Shown in pieces: positions 40,891 to 50,908 of a stretch of DNA of 64,000 nucleotides (within the stretch, counting starts at the first letter, position 1; each line of letters begins with the position of its first letter). Origin of the DNA: Gammaproteobacteria bacterium (GTDB lineage: Bacteria; Pseudomonadota; Gammaproteobacteria; Eutrophobiales; Eutrophobiaceae). Both the position numbers and the translations under genes were made by a program. Location: positions 2,112,001-2,176,000 of the forward strand of contig OZ244905.1 in assembly GCA_965221695.1 (NCBI GenBank), written 5' to 3'. The notes under the pieces were generated by a model that was not told the DNA's origin, made no database searches, and was given only the letters and a program-made list of their open reading frames with translations.

Positions 40891-41630
40891 CGGCCTGCGG
40901 GGCGTTGTACCCGCCGTTGTCTTATTGTCAGAATAATATAAATAACCAGCACTGTTGCCGCCAGGGCAAACCATTGAAACGCATAACCCAGGTGTCTTTC
41001 CCTGTTGAAGCCGGGTTCTGTTGCGTTCCATACCAGCGCGCCGGGCGCGTCTGCGTCAAGTTGCACCACATAGGGAAGCAGTGTCCAGCCGGTTTGCGCG
41101 GCAATTTGCGCCAGGTCGATGCGCTGTACCCGGACCAGGTTGTCGCTCATGTTTTCGGGGGTTTCCGACGCCAGCTTGATCCCGGCGACCGGGACCGGCC
41201 TGGCAACACCGGTCAGCGTCTGCGGTCCGGTAATGCTGCTGATTTGCGGCGCTTGGCTCCTGCTTCCGGGGGCCGCCACCCATCCCCGATCAACCAGCAC
41301 GGTCGCGCCATCTTCCAGTATGAACCGGGAGAACACCTGGTATCCGACCGTTCCGCGATATACCTGGTTATCCAACAGGAAAATCCTGCCCTTATCGTAG
41401 CTGCCGTTCAGCACGCAGCGCCGCCAGTGCATGTCACGCGCAGTGTCCCGCGCGCCGGTGGCCTGTACGAGGTCAACGGGCGCGGCGCTGATGTGCTGGT
41501 GATACGCGGTTTGCAGCGCTTTTTTTTCGTCTGCGCGGTCCAGTTGCCAGAAACCCAGTCTGGTAAACAACACCAGCGCGACCAGCGCCGCCAACGCGGG
41601 AATAATCTGCGATTTGACATGCGGGCGCAT
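40887..41630 (-). CDS. SURF1-family protein
   Basis: LGFWQLDRA, VDRGW and HLGYAFQWF motifs. Confidence 0.9.
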   Translation of the reverse strand: MRPHVKSQIIPALAALVALVLFTRLGFWQLDRADEKKALQTAYHQHISAAPVDLVQATGARDTARDMHWRRCVLNGSYDKGRIFLLDNQVYRGTVGYQVFSRFILEDGATVLVDRGWVAAPGSRSQAPQISSITGPQTLTGVARPVPVAGIKLASETPENMSDNLVRVQRIDLAQIAAQTGWTLLPYVVQLDADAPGALVWNATEPGFNRERHLGYAFQWFALAATVLVIYIILTIRQRRVQRPAGR

Positions 41631-41707
41631 CAAGACAGGTGAATATTCAGAAACCTGGAACGGGTAAACAGGATATACTGGCATTGGTAAAGCATGAAAG
41701 ACAGAAC

Positions 41708-41989
41708 ATGAGCGGCGCGGCTATATTTAAACTGGTTGTTATACTACTGCTGGCAGTCATCCTGATCTCCCTGGCTTCAGGGCTGTTCTTCCTGATTCGG
41801 GACAAGGGCAAAAGTGAGCGCACGGTTAAATCCCTTACACTCAGGATCGTCTTGTCCGTCGCCCTGTTTGTCCTGCTGTTCATCGGTTTTATGACCGGCC
41901 TGATCAAGCCCCACGGCATCAACCCGTCCGCGCCACCTGCCGGGACGGGTAACGGGCCGGACACTGGGTCAGGCATTGGGCCGGGATGA
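41708..41989 (+). CDS. Twin transmembrane helix small protein (DUF2909-like)
   Basis: SLASGLFFL.RD...SLTLRI.LS...G.IKPH; cox cluster context. Confidence 0.75.
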   Translation: MSGAAIFKLVVILLLAVILISLASGLFFLIRDKGKSERTVKSLTLRIVLSVALFVLLFIGFMTGLIKPHGINPSAPPAGTGNGPDTGSGIGPG

Positions 41990-41992
41990 CGC

Positions 41993-42907
41993 CTACAGCC
42001 AATAAACAAATATAAACAGGCCCAGCCAGACCACATCGACGAAGTGCCAGTACCAGGCAACCGCCTCGAACGCAAAGTGGTTCTCCTTGGTGAAATGCCC
42101 TCGGATGGAACGCAGCAGGATAACCGTGAGCATGATCGCGCCCATGGTGACATGGAAGCCGTGAAAGCCGGTCAGCAGAAAAAACGTCGACCCGTAGATG
42201 CCGGAGTTCAGGGTCAGTCCCAGGTCCTGATAGGCGTGAATGTACTCGCCGGCCTGTAATATCACAAAGATGAACCCCAAGAACACGGTCGCAAACAACC
42301 ACCAGCAGAGTCCGGAGCGCTCGTTTTTCTTCAATGCCCAGTGCGCAAACGTTACGGTCACGCCGCTGGACAGCAGGATCAAGGTATTGATCGCGGGGAT
42401 GTCGAATGCGGGGATGACATCCTTGATTTCAGTGAATCTGCTGGTGAGTCCTTCCACGGTCATGTCTGGGGTCGCTAATAGCGGCCATACATTTTCAAAG
42501 GACGGCCACAGAAATTCGTTGGTGGCGGCGCCGGCCCCTTCTCCCCCCAACCAAGGAACGGAGTATACCCGGGCATAGAACAACGCGCCGAAAAACGCGG
42601 CAAAGAACATCACTTCCGAGAAAATGAACCAGCCCATGCCCCAGCGAAAACTGATGTCCACCTGCTTGTTATACACGCCGCTCAGGCTCTCATCAATCAC
42701 ATCCTTGAACCAGACGTAAAACATGTAGAACACCGCGACCAGGCCCAGCAGCAACAGGTGCGAACCAAACCCCGGCATCTCGCCAGTCGCGAGGTACTGG
42801 TTAAACATGAATGCGGTGCCGCAAAAAGCAAGAAACAGGGCCAGCGAAAACAATACCGGCCATTTACTGGGTTCAGGAATAAAATAGGTATCTTGCGGAT
42901 TTGACAT
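41993..42907 (-). CDS. coxC: Cytochrome c oxidase subunit III
   Basis: FIFSEVMFF and WYWHFVDVVW motifs. Confidence 0.96.
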   Translation of the reverse strand: MSNPQDTYFIPEPSKWPVLFSLALFLAFCGTAFMFNQYLATGEMPGFGSHLLLLGLVAVFYMFYVWFKDVIDESLSGVYNKQVDISFRWGMGWFIFSEVMFFAAFFGALFYARVYSVPWLGGEGAGAATNEFLWPSFENVWPLLATPDMTVEGLTSRFTEIKDVIPAFDIPAINTLILLSSGVTVTFAHWALKKNERSGLCWWLFATVFLGFIFVILQAGEYIHAYQDLGLTLNSGIYGSTFFLLTGFHGFHVTMGAIMLTVILLRSIRGHFTKENHFAFEAVAWYWHFVDVVWLGLFIFVYWL

Positions 42908-42939
42908 GTGTGTTCCTCGCGTTTCAGCGTTATTCGTTA

Positions 42940-43533
42940 TCAGGAGTTGGCTTCGTGCGCGCCTTGTGTGGATTGCGTGGTTTGCGCGGCTTGTTGCGCG
43001 CCGGGCGCAGCGCTGTCACTGTCCCCCACGTCAAAGAAAGTATAAGACAGGGTCAGCGATGAAAACCGTTCCGGTAAATCGGGATCGACGATAAACCTTA
43101 CCGGCATCGCTTTGCGTTCCCCCGGCGCCAGAACCTGTTCGGTGAAGCAGAAACAGTCCATTTTGCTGACGAAGATGCCGGCCTGTACCGGCGATACGCT
43201 GGGGATAGCGCGCCCGGTTACGGTGCGCTCGGATCGGTTCTCAACCATAAACACCGCCTCGGACAATTCCCCCGGGCGAACCTTTGTTTTGTGTTGCTCC
43301 GCCTTGAAAGTCCAGGGAATATCCCTGGTGTTGGTATCCAGTACCACGGTCACCAGGCGCTCGGCGTCAATCGCGCCCAGCCCGGCATCCGCCTCTGCCA
43401 CGCGTGCGCTGCCGCGCCCGGTAAGATCGCAATAGACCCGGTAAAGCGGCACCAGGGCATAACCAAACGCGAACATGCCGGCGGTTACGAGCAGCAGTTT
43501 GCTGACAGTCCTGTTGACGCTTTTGTCTGACAT
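42940..43533 (-). CDS. ctaG: Copper insertion protein Cox11/CtaG
   Basis: LVPLY...C..TG and CFCF motifs. Confidence 0.92.
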   Translation of the reverse strand: MSDKSVNRTVSKLLLVTAGMFAFGYALVPLYRVYCDLTGRGSARVAEADAGLGAIDAERLVTVVLDTNTRDIPWTFKAEQHKTKVRPGELSEAVFMVENRSERTVTGRAIPSVSPVQAGIFVSKMDCFCFTEQVLAPGERKAMPVRFIVDPDLPERFSSLTLSYTFFDVGDSDSAAPGAQQAAQTTQSTQGAHEANS

Positions 43534-43537
43534 AAGC

Positions 43538-43669
43538 CTACAGATGGCTCAGGATGAACCCGAAATACACCGCCGCGGCGAGCAGCGCCAGGCCGATCGC
43601 AACGCGAATATTCGCTTTTCTGCGGCGGGCAAAAAACTCGCGGTCGTCACTGTCAGGCTCCTTGTTCAC
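43538..43669 (-). CDS. Small single-TM protein in the cox operon (43 aa, GTG start)
   Basis: Translated by hand: ...RRRKANIRVAIGLALLAAAVYFGFILSHL*; fills the coxA-ctaG gap. Confidence 0.6.
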   Translation of the reverse strand: MNKEPDSDDREFFARRRKANIRVAIGLALLAAAVYFGFILSHL

Positions 43670-43678
43670 CCTTGCACG

Positions 43679-45280
43679 CTATGAATGAGCAGTTGCTCCA
43701 TCCACCTTCGGCGGAATGGTGAATGAATGGAACGGCGGCGGCGACGGCAAGGTCCATTCCAGGCCGCGTGCGCCTTCCCACACCTGCTCGTCCGCTTTTT
43801 TGCCTTCGCGCACGCACTTAACGATGACCCACACGAACAATAGCTGGCTGAGGCCAAACGCAAAGCCACCGACGCTGGAAATCATGTTCCACTCGGTGAA
43901 CTGCACGCTGTAATCCGGGATCCGGCGCGGCATTCCCGCAAGGCCTAAGAAGTGCTGCGGGAAGAACAGCACATTGACCGAGATCACCGACAGCCAGAAA
44001 TGGAGTTGGCCCAGTTTCTCGTCATACATGTGGCCGGTCCACTTGGGCAGCCAGAAATACGCGCCGGCCATCAGCGCAAACAGCGCGCCGGTGACCAATA
44101 CGTAGTGGAAATGGGCGACGACAAAATAAGTATCATGGTACTGGAAGTCCGCCGGGGTTATCCCGAGCATCAGCCCGGAGAAACCGCCAATGGAAAACAG
44201 GAACACAAAGGCCAGCGCGAACAGCATCGGAGTTTCAAAGGTCATGGAGCCGCGCCACATGGTCGCGATCCAGTTGAAAACCTTAACGCCGGTCGGCACC
44301 GCGATGGACATGGTCGCATACATGAAAAACAGCTCGCCGGCCAGGGGCATGCCCACCGTGAACATATGGTGTGCCCAGACAAAAAACGACAGGAAGGCGA
44401 TGGCCGCGGTGGCGTAGACCATGGACTCGTATCCAAATAGCGGTTTGCGGGCAAATGTCGGGATGATCTGCGAAACAATGCCGAATGCCGGCAGGATCAG
44501 GATATACACCTCCGGATGGCCGAAGAACCAGAAGATATGCTGGAACATCACCGGGTCGCCGCCGCCGGCCGCAATGAAGAAGCTGGTGCCGAAATACTTG
44601 TCCGTCAGCAACATGGTCACCGCCCCGGCAAGCACCGGCATCGACGCAATGAGCAGGAATGCGGTAATGATCCAGGTCCAAACGAACAGCGGCAACTGCA
44701 TGAAACCCATACCCGGGGCGCGCATGTTGAATACGGTGGCGATAATGTTAATCGCCCCCATGATCGAAGACACCCCGAGAAAGTGCACGGTGAAAATTAG
44801 GAACGGAAACCCGTCTCCAAGCTGGGTGACCAGGGGCGGATACATGGTCCAGCCGCCTGACGGCGCGCCGCCTTCCATGAAGAAGGTCGCCAGCAACATC
44901 GTAAACGCAAACGGTAGAATCCAGAAACTCATGTTGTTCATGCGCGGCAACGCCATGTCCGGAGCGCCAATCATCATCGGGATCATCCAGTTTGCCAGCC
45001 CCACCCCGGCAGGCATGATCACGCCGAATATCATGACCAATGCGTGCATCGTGGTCATCGCATTGAAAAACTGCGGGTCGACAAACTGCATGCCCGGCTG
45101 GAACAGTTCGGCGCGAATCACCATGGCCATGGCGCCGCCTATGAAGAACATGATCAGCGAGAATACCAGGTACATGGTACCGATATCCTTATGGTTGGTG
45201 GAAAAAAGCCAGCGACCCAGCCCGGTCGGTTTGTGGTCGTGATCGTCGTGATGGTGTTCGTGTGTAGCAGCGTTGCTCAT
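43679..45280 (-). CDS. coxA: Cytochrome c oxidase subunit I
   Basis: NHKDIG, GHPEVY, WAHH and HFH motifs. Confidence 0.98.
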   Translation of the reverse strand: MSNAATHEHHHDDHDHKPTGLGRWLFSTNHKDIGTMYLVFSLIMFFIGGAMAMVIRAELFQPGMQFVDPQFFNAMTTMHALVMIFGVIMPAGVGLANWMIPMMIGAPDMALPRMNNMSFWILPFAFTMLLATFFMEGGAPSGGWTMYPPLVTQLGDGFPFLIFTVHFLGVSSIMGAINIIATVFNMRAPGMGFMQLPLFVWTWIITAFLLIASMPVLAGAVTMLLTDKYFGTSFFIAAGGGDPVMFQHIFWFFGHPEVYILILPAFGIVSQIIPTFARKPLFGYESMVYATAAIAFLSFFVWAHHMFTVGMPLAGELFFMYATMSIAVPTGVKVFNWIATMWRGSMTFETPMLFALAFVFLFSIGGFSGLMLGITPADFQYHDTYFVVAHFHYVLVTGALFALMAGAYFWLPKWTGHMYDEKLGQLHFWLSVISVNVLFFPQHFLGLAGMPRRIPDYSVQFTEWNMISSVGGFAFGLSQLLFVWVIVKCVREGKKADEQVWEGARGLEWTLPSPPPFHSFTIPPKVDGATAHS

Positions 45281-45321
45281 GCTGTAATCCTCGTAATAGC
45301 TGTTCTTGTTATTGCCGCGCT

Positions 45322-46461
45322 TCAGCGCATGCCGGCAATCGTGGACGGCTGGACGATGTCACCTGTTTCATTGCCCCAGGAGTTGCGCTCATAGGTGACT
45401 ACCGCGGCAATGTCCACATCATTCAATTGCATGCCGAACGGCGCCATGGCCGTGCCGGCCACGCCGTTCATTACGGTATCGATATGACCTTCCACCGGGC
45501 CGGTCGTAACCGGGCTGCCGACCAGGGGTTTGAAGGCGCCGGGGATACCCATGCCGTTGACCTGGTGGCAGGCAACGCAGAACGTGCCGTACACCTGCTC
45601 GCCTTGTTCCATCAGTTCCTCCATGCTCCATTCCCGATCAGCGCCGACATCTGCGTCCAGGGCCGCCACCATCATGTCTCCGGCCCATTCGTAGTACTCA
45701 TCCTCGCTGACGGCTTTCAGCACAATCGGCATAAACGCGTGGTCGCGCCCGCACAATTCCGCGCACTGGCCGCGGTACGTTCCCTCTTCCTCGATGACGG
45801 CCCAGGACTCGTTGATGAACCCGGGTATGGAATCCCGCTTCCAGCCTAAGGCCGGCACCCACCAGGAGTGGATCACATCGGCGGCGGTGGTCATGAAGCG
45901 GATCTTGGTGTTCACCGGCACGACTACCGGGTTGTCCACTTCCAGCAGATAATTATCTATCTCGTTGGGATCGACTCCCGATTTGAGCTGCCTGGCCGCA
46001 TTGCTCTCCGGCGCAAGAGAACTAAAAAACCCGAAGTCTTCTTCAATATACTCATAGTGCCAGCGCCATTGGTAGCCTGTTATCTTGATGGTCAGGTCGG
46101 AATCACCGGTCGATTCAATAAGTATCAGCGACTTGGTCGCGGGAATAGCCATTAGGATGAGAATCAGCATCGGGATGGCGGTCCAGATAATCTCCACCGT
46201 GGTATTGTGGTGGAACTGGGCCGCTTTGGCGCCACGGGACTTCCTGTGGTGAAAGATGGACCAGAACATGACTCCGAAAACCACCACCGCGATCACACAG
46301 CAGATATAGAAGATCAACATGTGCAGGTCGTAAATATTGCGGCTCAGAGGGGTGACGCCTTCCGGCATGTTCAACGCATACTCCGCCCAGGCCGGCTGCA
46401 ACGCCAACACCAGCAGGGAAATCAACACGCCCCAAAAAGTTTTCATGTGTCCAGCAGACAT
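45322..46461 (-). CDS. coxB: Cytochrome c oxidase subunit II with C-terminal cytochrome c
   Basis: CuA site CAELCGRDHAFM and heme motif CVACH. Confidence 0.97.
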   Translation of the reverse strand: MSAGHMKTFWGVLISLLVLALQPAWAEYALNMPEGVTPLSRNIYDLHMLIFYICCVIAVVVFGVMFWSIFHHRKSRGAKAAQFHHNTTVEIIWTAIPMLILILMAIPATKSLILIESTGDSDLTIKITGYQWRWHYEYIEEDFGFFSSLAPESNAARQLKSGVDPNEIDNYLLEVDNPVVVPVNTKIRFMTTAADVIHSWWVPALGWKRDSIPGFINESWAVIEEEGTYRGQCAELCGRDHAFMPIVLKAVSEDEYYEWAGDMMVAALDADVGADREWSMEELMEQGEQVYGTFCVACHQVNGMGIPGAFKPLVGSPVTTGPVEGHIDTVMNGVAGTAMAPFGMQLNDVDIAAVVTYERNSWGNETGDIVQPSTIAGMR

Positions 46462-46509
46462 ACCGTGTTCCTCAGCATCATTGTTGTTATCGTCTGTTAC
46501 TCCACGTCA

Positions 46510-46998
46510 TCAGGCATAGTGATGTATTGCGGATCGTAAAATTTGTGCCAGCCCGCGGCGTTCCTGTTCATTCAGGAAACGGCCTACTTCCAATTCCCTG
46601 CCATGGGAACACAACAGCAGCTTGCTCGGGTGCCAAGCCACCCAAGGCTGCCGCAGCACGACTTTCGTCCAGTATCGTTGAAAGTCATGGCGTTGCTCCG
46701 GCTTGCTCCTGCCCGTTTCCACGCAGACACGGTCATCGGTAATCGTGATAACCTCCCGCGCGCCACCACGCCAGGCGCTGATATACAGCGCAATACCCAA
46801 GGCCAGGACCTCCAGCCCGGAAAACGGCAACACCAGCACGAAGCCCTGTATCCAGAAATAAGAGCCGACCGCCAGGGTAACCCCGGCGATACCGCCAAAT
46901 ACCAGCAGCAGCGCCTTCCACGTCATGGAACGATTGGGGGCAACCACAAAAGTCCTGTTACCCTCGCACGCAGCTTGCAGTTCGTGAATCATCCACAC
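46510..46998 (-). CDS. DUF2244-like membrane protein
   Basis: PNRSM, PFSGLE and EVGRFL...ER motifs. Confidence 0.8.
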   Translation of the reverse strand: MWMIHELQAACEGNRTFVVAPNRSMTWKALLLVFGGIAGVTLAVGSYFWIQGFVLVLPFSGLEVLALGIALYISAWRGGAREVITITDDRVCVETGRSKPEQRHDFQRYWTKVVLRQPWVAWHPSKLLLCSHGRELEVGRFLNEQERRGLAQILRSAIHHYA

Positions 46999-47102
46999 AC
47001 AGCAGTTAATGTCAAGCGTCCAACATTAACACAGTAACCATTTCCCGGCAAACTTCCGTCGAATTGTCGGGAATTTCTCCCGGGCCATCACCCACAGCGC
47101 CA

Positions 47103-48113
47103 TCAGTCATAGCGCAGCGCCGTTGCCTTGCCGCTGAACACGAAATAGCTTAGCGCGGTATAACAAACCAGGACGGGTAACACGATCGCGGCGCCGACCA
47201 GGATGATTAGCAGCGCGGCCGGCGCCGCCGCGGCTTCGGTTATCGTTAATTGTCCGGGCACAATGTAAGGGAAAAAACTGTACGACAGCCCGACAAAACT
47301 GAACAGGAAAATACCCGCCGTCAACGCCAGCGGCAACCAGCAATAGCGGTCGCGGGGAAACGGCATGTGCCGCAAGACCAGGAACAGAGCGGCAACCAGG
47401 ATCCCTGTCGTCACGGGAATCGGCAGCAGCGCCAGCATTGCCGGAAAACTGAACCATTTCTCGAAGATGCGCTCACTGATCAACGGTGTCACCACGGATA
47501 CCGCGACCAGCCCCACCACCGAATTGACCAGGTGGTATCTTGCCCACTTCACGGCTTTCTCCTGCAAACCGCCCTCACATTTCATGATCAGCCAGCAGGC
47601 GCCGATAAGACAATACGCGGACGCGACGGCGACTGCGATCAGGCAGGAAAACATGATACCCGCCCAACTCCGGTCAAACCCGATGACATAAAATCCCAGC
47701 ATATAGCCTTGCGCCAGCGCAGCCAGCAGGGAACCGTAAAAGAAGCGGTTGTTCCAGCGCCATTTCTGCTGATAGGGCGCCTTTGACCTGAAATCAAACG
47801 CAACGCCGCGGAAGATCAGCCCGAACAACATGACCGCGACCGGCAGGTACAGTTCCGCGAGAATCACGCCATGGGCCTTGGGGAATGCCACCAGCAACAG
47901 CCCGACGCCGAGGATAAGCCAGGTTTCATTGGCGTCCCAAAACGGTCCTATGGATGCGATCATCCGATCTTTTTCATGCCCGTGGGCATTATCGATGAGC
48001 ATGCCCACGCCCAGGTCATAACCGTCCAGCGTGGTATACACCAGCACGGACAGCCCCATGAGAAAGGCAAACACATAAGGGAGCCAGCTCCCGTCGGCGA
48101 TGATCTGCTGCAT
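47103..48113 (-). CDS. cydB: Cytochrome bd oxidase subunit II
   Basis: LDGYDLGVG and PFWDANETWL motifs. Confidence 0.93.
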   Translation of the reverse strand: MQQIIADGSWLPYVFAFLMGLSVLVYTTLDGYDLGVGMLIDNAHGHEKDRMIASIGPFWDANETWLILGVGLLLVAFPKAHGVILAELYLPVAVMLFGLIFRGVAFDFRSKAPYQQKWRWNNRFFYGSLLAALAQGYMLGFYVIGFDRSWAGIMFSCLIAVAVASAYCLIGACWLIMKCEGGLQEKAVKWARYHLVNSVVGLVAVSVVTPLISERIFEKWFSFPAMLALLPIPVTTGILVAALFLVLRHMPFPRDRYCWLPLALTAGIFLFSFVGLSYSFFPYIVPGQLTITEAAAAPAALLIILVGAAIVLPVLVCYTALSYFVFSGKATALRYD

Positions 48114-48167
48114 TAGCGGTCCTCCGTCACCGTCTTGCCCGCAGCATGTCAGCCAGGCGCGCGGTCA

Positions 48168-49535
48168 TTACGGCGCCGGCGCCACGGCCATTCGTTCCTC
48201 GCCCACCATCGCCTGTTTTTCCGGATCGCGCCCCCCGCCTTGACCGGCTGCGCCGGCCATGTAAAACAGCGTGGAAATGAACGCAACCGTGAGAAAAACA
48301 TAAATCCCCAGGTAGACGATCAGTGTCGATAACACCTTGCCACCAGCCACCGGCCCCAACGCATCGCGCACGGTCAGCACACCGTACACCAGCCAGGGTT
48401 GCCGACCGATTTCCGTCACGTACCAGCCGGCTATTGTCGCGATACAGCCGATGAACGTCATGCCCACCAACGCCCGCAAGCAGTATACCGGCAGTTTCCT
48501 GTTGCGCAGAAGCAGGACACTGCTGAGCCATGAGGTAGCCAGCATCAGCAGCCCTATGCCCACCATCAGCCGGAATGCGAAAAATACCGGCGCGACCGGC
48601 GGGTGCAGGTCAAAGTCGTTCAAGCCCTTGATCTCACCATCGAGCTTGTGTGTCACAACCAGGCTGGCAAGGTAGGGTATTTCCAGTGCGAAGCGGTTGG
48701 CGCGCCGGGTTTCATCGGGCAACCCCAACAGCACCAGCGGCGCGCCCCGGCGGGTCTCCCAGGCCCCCTCCATCGCAGCCAGCTTGGCGGGCTGGTATTG
48801 CTTGGTATTCAAACCATGTTCGTGCCCGACAAAAATCTGTAGCGGAATCAGGACCGCAGCCAGGTAGACGCCGGTCTTCAGCGTTTTCATCACCGCCGCG
48901 GCGTGACCGCGGCGCAGGAGTCTGTATGCAGACAGCCCAGCGATCAGAAACGCGGCCGTCAACCCGGACGCAAGCAACATGTGTATCAGCCGGTAAGGCA
49001 TGGATGGGTTGAAGATGACCTGCATCCAGCTTGTCACATGCGCCTGCCCGCCGATCATTTCAAAACCCGCCGGGGTATGCATCCAACTGTTCAGGACCAG
49101 TATCCAGAATGCGGAGGCGGTGGTGCCCACCGCAACCAGGATCGTCGCCAGCGTATGCAACCAGTTCGGAACCCGACTGAAACCGAACAGCATGATGCCC
49201 AGGAACGTGGCCTCCAGGAAAAATGCGGTCAGTACTTCGTAAGCCAGTAACGGGCCGGCGATATTGCCCACTGTGAGCATGAATCCCGGCCAGTTCGTGC
49301 CGAACTGAAAGGACATCGTTACACCACTGACCACACCAATGGCAAAACTCAACGCAAACACTTTGGTGAAAAAGAAATAGGCCTGCATCCATGCCTGGTC
49401 CCCTGTCATGTTGTAACGAACCTTGAAAAACAATACGATCCATCCCAAGGCTATGGTTATCGATGGGAACATGATATGGAAGGTAATGTTCGCGGCAAAC
49501 TGTATGCGCGATAACAGAAACGGGTCCAGTTCCAT
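48168..49535 (-). CDS. cydA: Cytochrome bd oxidase subunit I (short Q-loop)
   Basis: FHI.FP, QPAKLAAME and GRQPW motifs. Confidence 0.95.
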   Translation of the reverse strand: MELDPFLLSRIQFAANITFHIMFPSITIALGWIVLFFKVRYNMTGDQAWMQAYFFFTKVFALSFAIGVVSGVTMSFQFGTNWPGFMLTVGNIAGPLLAYEVLTAFFLEATFLGIMLFGFSRVPNWLHTLATILVAVGTTASAFWILVLNSWMHTPAGFEMIGGQAHVTSWMQVIFNPSMPYRLIHMLLASGLTAAFLIAGLSAYRLLRRGHAAAVMKTLKTGVYLAAVLIPLQIFVGHEHGLNTKQYQPAKLAAMEGAWETRRGAPLVLLGLPDETRRANRFALEIPYLASLVVTHKLDGEIKGLNDFDLHPPVAPVFFAFRLMVGIGLLMLATSWLSSVLLLRNRKLPVYCLRALVGMTFIGCIATIAGWYVTEIGRQPWLVYGVLTVRDALGPVAGGKVLSTLIVYLGIYVFLTVAFISTLFYMAGAAGQGGGRDPEKQAMVGEERMAVAPAP

Positions 49536-49616
49536 GAAGCTATGGTGTTCTCAAAGGCAAGCTTTTCAGAGGCAAGCGGATAAATCGGGACCAGTATAAT
49601 CCACCATTAATGAGTA

Positions 49617-50123
49617 TTGCAAATGAAGATCAGAGACAGCGCCAATTTCAACACAAAGCCGAAACCGGTCACGTTTTCTCCCGATGAAACCGTGCGCGCC
49701 GCGCTGGATGTGATGTGCGAGAAAAACATCGGCTCCGTCATCGCCACCAATGAGGACGGCTCGATAGCTGGTATCGTCACCGAGCGCGACATGATGATTC
49801 GCGTCCTCGGAAACAATCTGAATCCCGACGAGACAAAACTGGCAGCGATTATGAACAGCGGGGTACGCGCCGCGAACGAGGACGATGACCTGGTTGATTG
49901 GTTGCGAACCATGTCGAACGAGCGGTTTCGCCACCTGCCGGTCGTGGACGACCAAGGCCGGCTCGTCAACATGATCTCCCAGGGCGACCTGGTCGCGCAT
50001 ACCTGGCCCGACCTGCATGACAAGATCAGACAGGACCTGAAAGACCGCTTGGGGCGGGGTTTGCAGATTCTGTTGGCGCTGCTGACCGTGGTGACGCTGG
50101 GCCTGATCGCGTTCAACCTGTAA
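49617..50123 (+). CDS. CBS-pair protein with C-terminal TM helix
   Basis: GIVTERD and RHLPVVD motifs; hydrophobic tail. Confidence 0.85.
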   Translation: MQMKIRDSANFNTKPKPVTFSPDETVRAALDVMCEKNIGSVIATNEDGSIAGIVTERDMMIRVLGNNLNPDETKLAAIMNSGVRAANEDDDLVDWLRTMSNERFRHLPVVDDQGRLVNMISQGDLVAHTWPDLHDKIRQDLKDRLGRGLQILLALLTVVTLGLIAFNL

Positions 50124-50216
50124 CGGGCTGCGCGTTAACCTGCGCGCCGGCCCGCATTCCATTGACCCTGTCTGCTTCGGAGCGGGCCGGCGCCGGCCGG
50201 GGCGGCGCGATGACCA

Positions 50217-50888
50217 TTACCAGGGAATGTGATCCAGCCCGGCGCCTATGGCCTGCGCGTCCAGTTTGTCCAGGTAGGGAATGCAGCCCCACAACGGCGC
50301 CGGTAGGTGTGTACACAGGTAATTCAACGTCGCCTGTTTCTCCGCATAATCCGTACACAGGCTGTTTGCGATCCAGCCGGCAAAAGCCAGCCCGGATGCC
50401 TGTATCGCTTCGGCGCTCAACAGCGCGTGGTTGATACAACCCAGGCGCAGACCGACGACCAGTACGACGGACAGATCCAGCCGCCGCACCAGGTCCTCGG
50501 TCTGGATACCGTCCGCCAGCGGCACGCGCCAGCCGCCGACACCTTCGACGATGATTTTGTCGGCGCCATTGGTCAGGGAAGAATAGGCCGAAGCCAGTGT
50601 TTCCAGTTCAACCTCGACACCCGCGTTGCGGGCGGCAATGTGCGGCGCAATCGGTTCCGCAAACGCGTAAGGATTCACCAGCCGGTAGGACACCCGCCGG
50701 CTGCACCGGTCCCGGATCTGCACGGCATCGTCATTCCGCAACTGCCCGCGCTGCCGGCTGCTGCCGCTCGCCACCGGCTTCATGCCATTGACCACCTTGC
50801 CCTGTGCCTGGCCGGCCGCCATCAATCCCAGCGTCGCCCAGGTTTTACCCACGCCGGTATCCGTACCGGTAATGAACAGGTTACCCAT
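50217..50888 (-). CDS. bioD: Dethiobiotin synthase
   Basis: ITGTDTGVGKT and VEGVGG motifs. Confidence 0.95.
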   Translation of the reverse strand: MGNLFITGTDTGVGKTWATLGLMAAGQAQGKVVNGMKPVASGSSRQRGQLRNDDAVQIRDRCSRRVSYRLVNPYAFAEPIAPHIAARNAGVEVELETLASAYSSLTNGADKIIVEGVGGWRVPLADGIQTEDLVRRLDLSVVLVVGLRLGCINHALLSAEAIQASGLAFAGWIANSLCTDYAEKQATLNYLCTHLPAPLWGCIPYLDKLDAQAIGAGLDHIPW

Positions 50889-50908
50889 GCCGGCCGCCGG
50901 TCTTCCCG

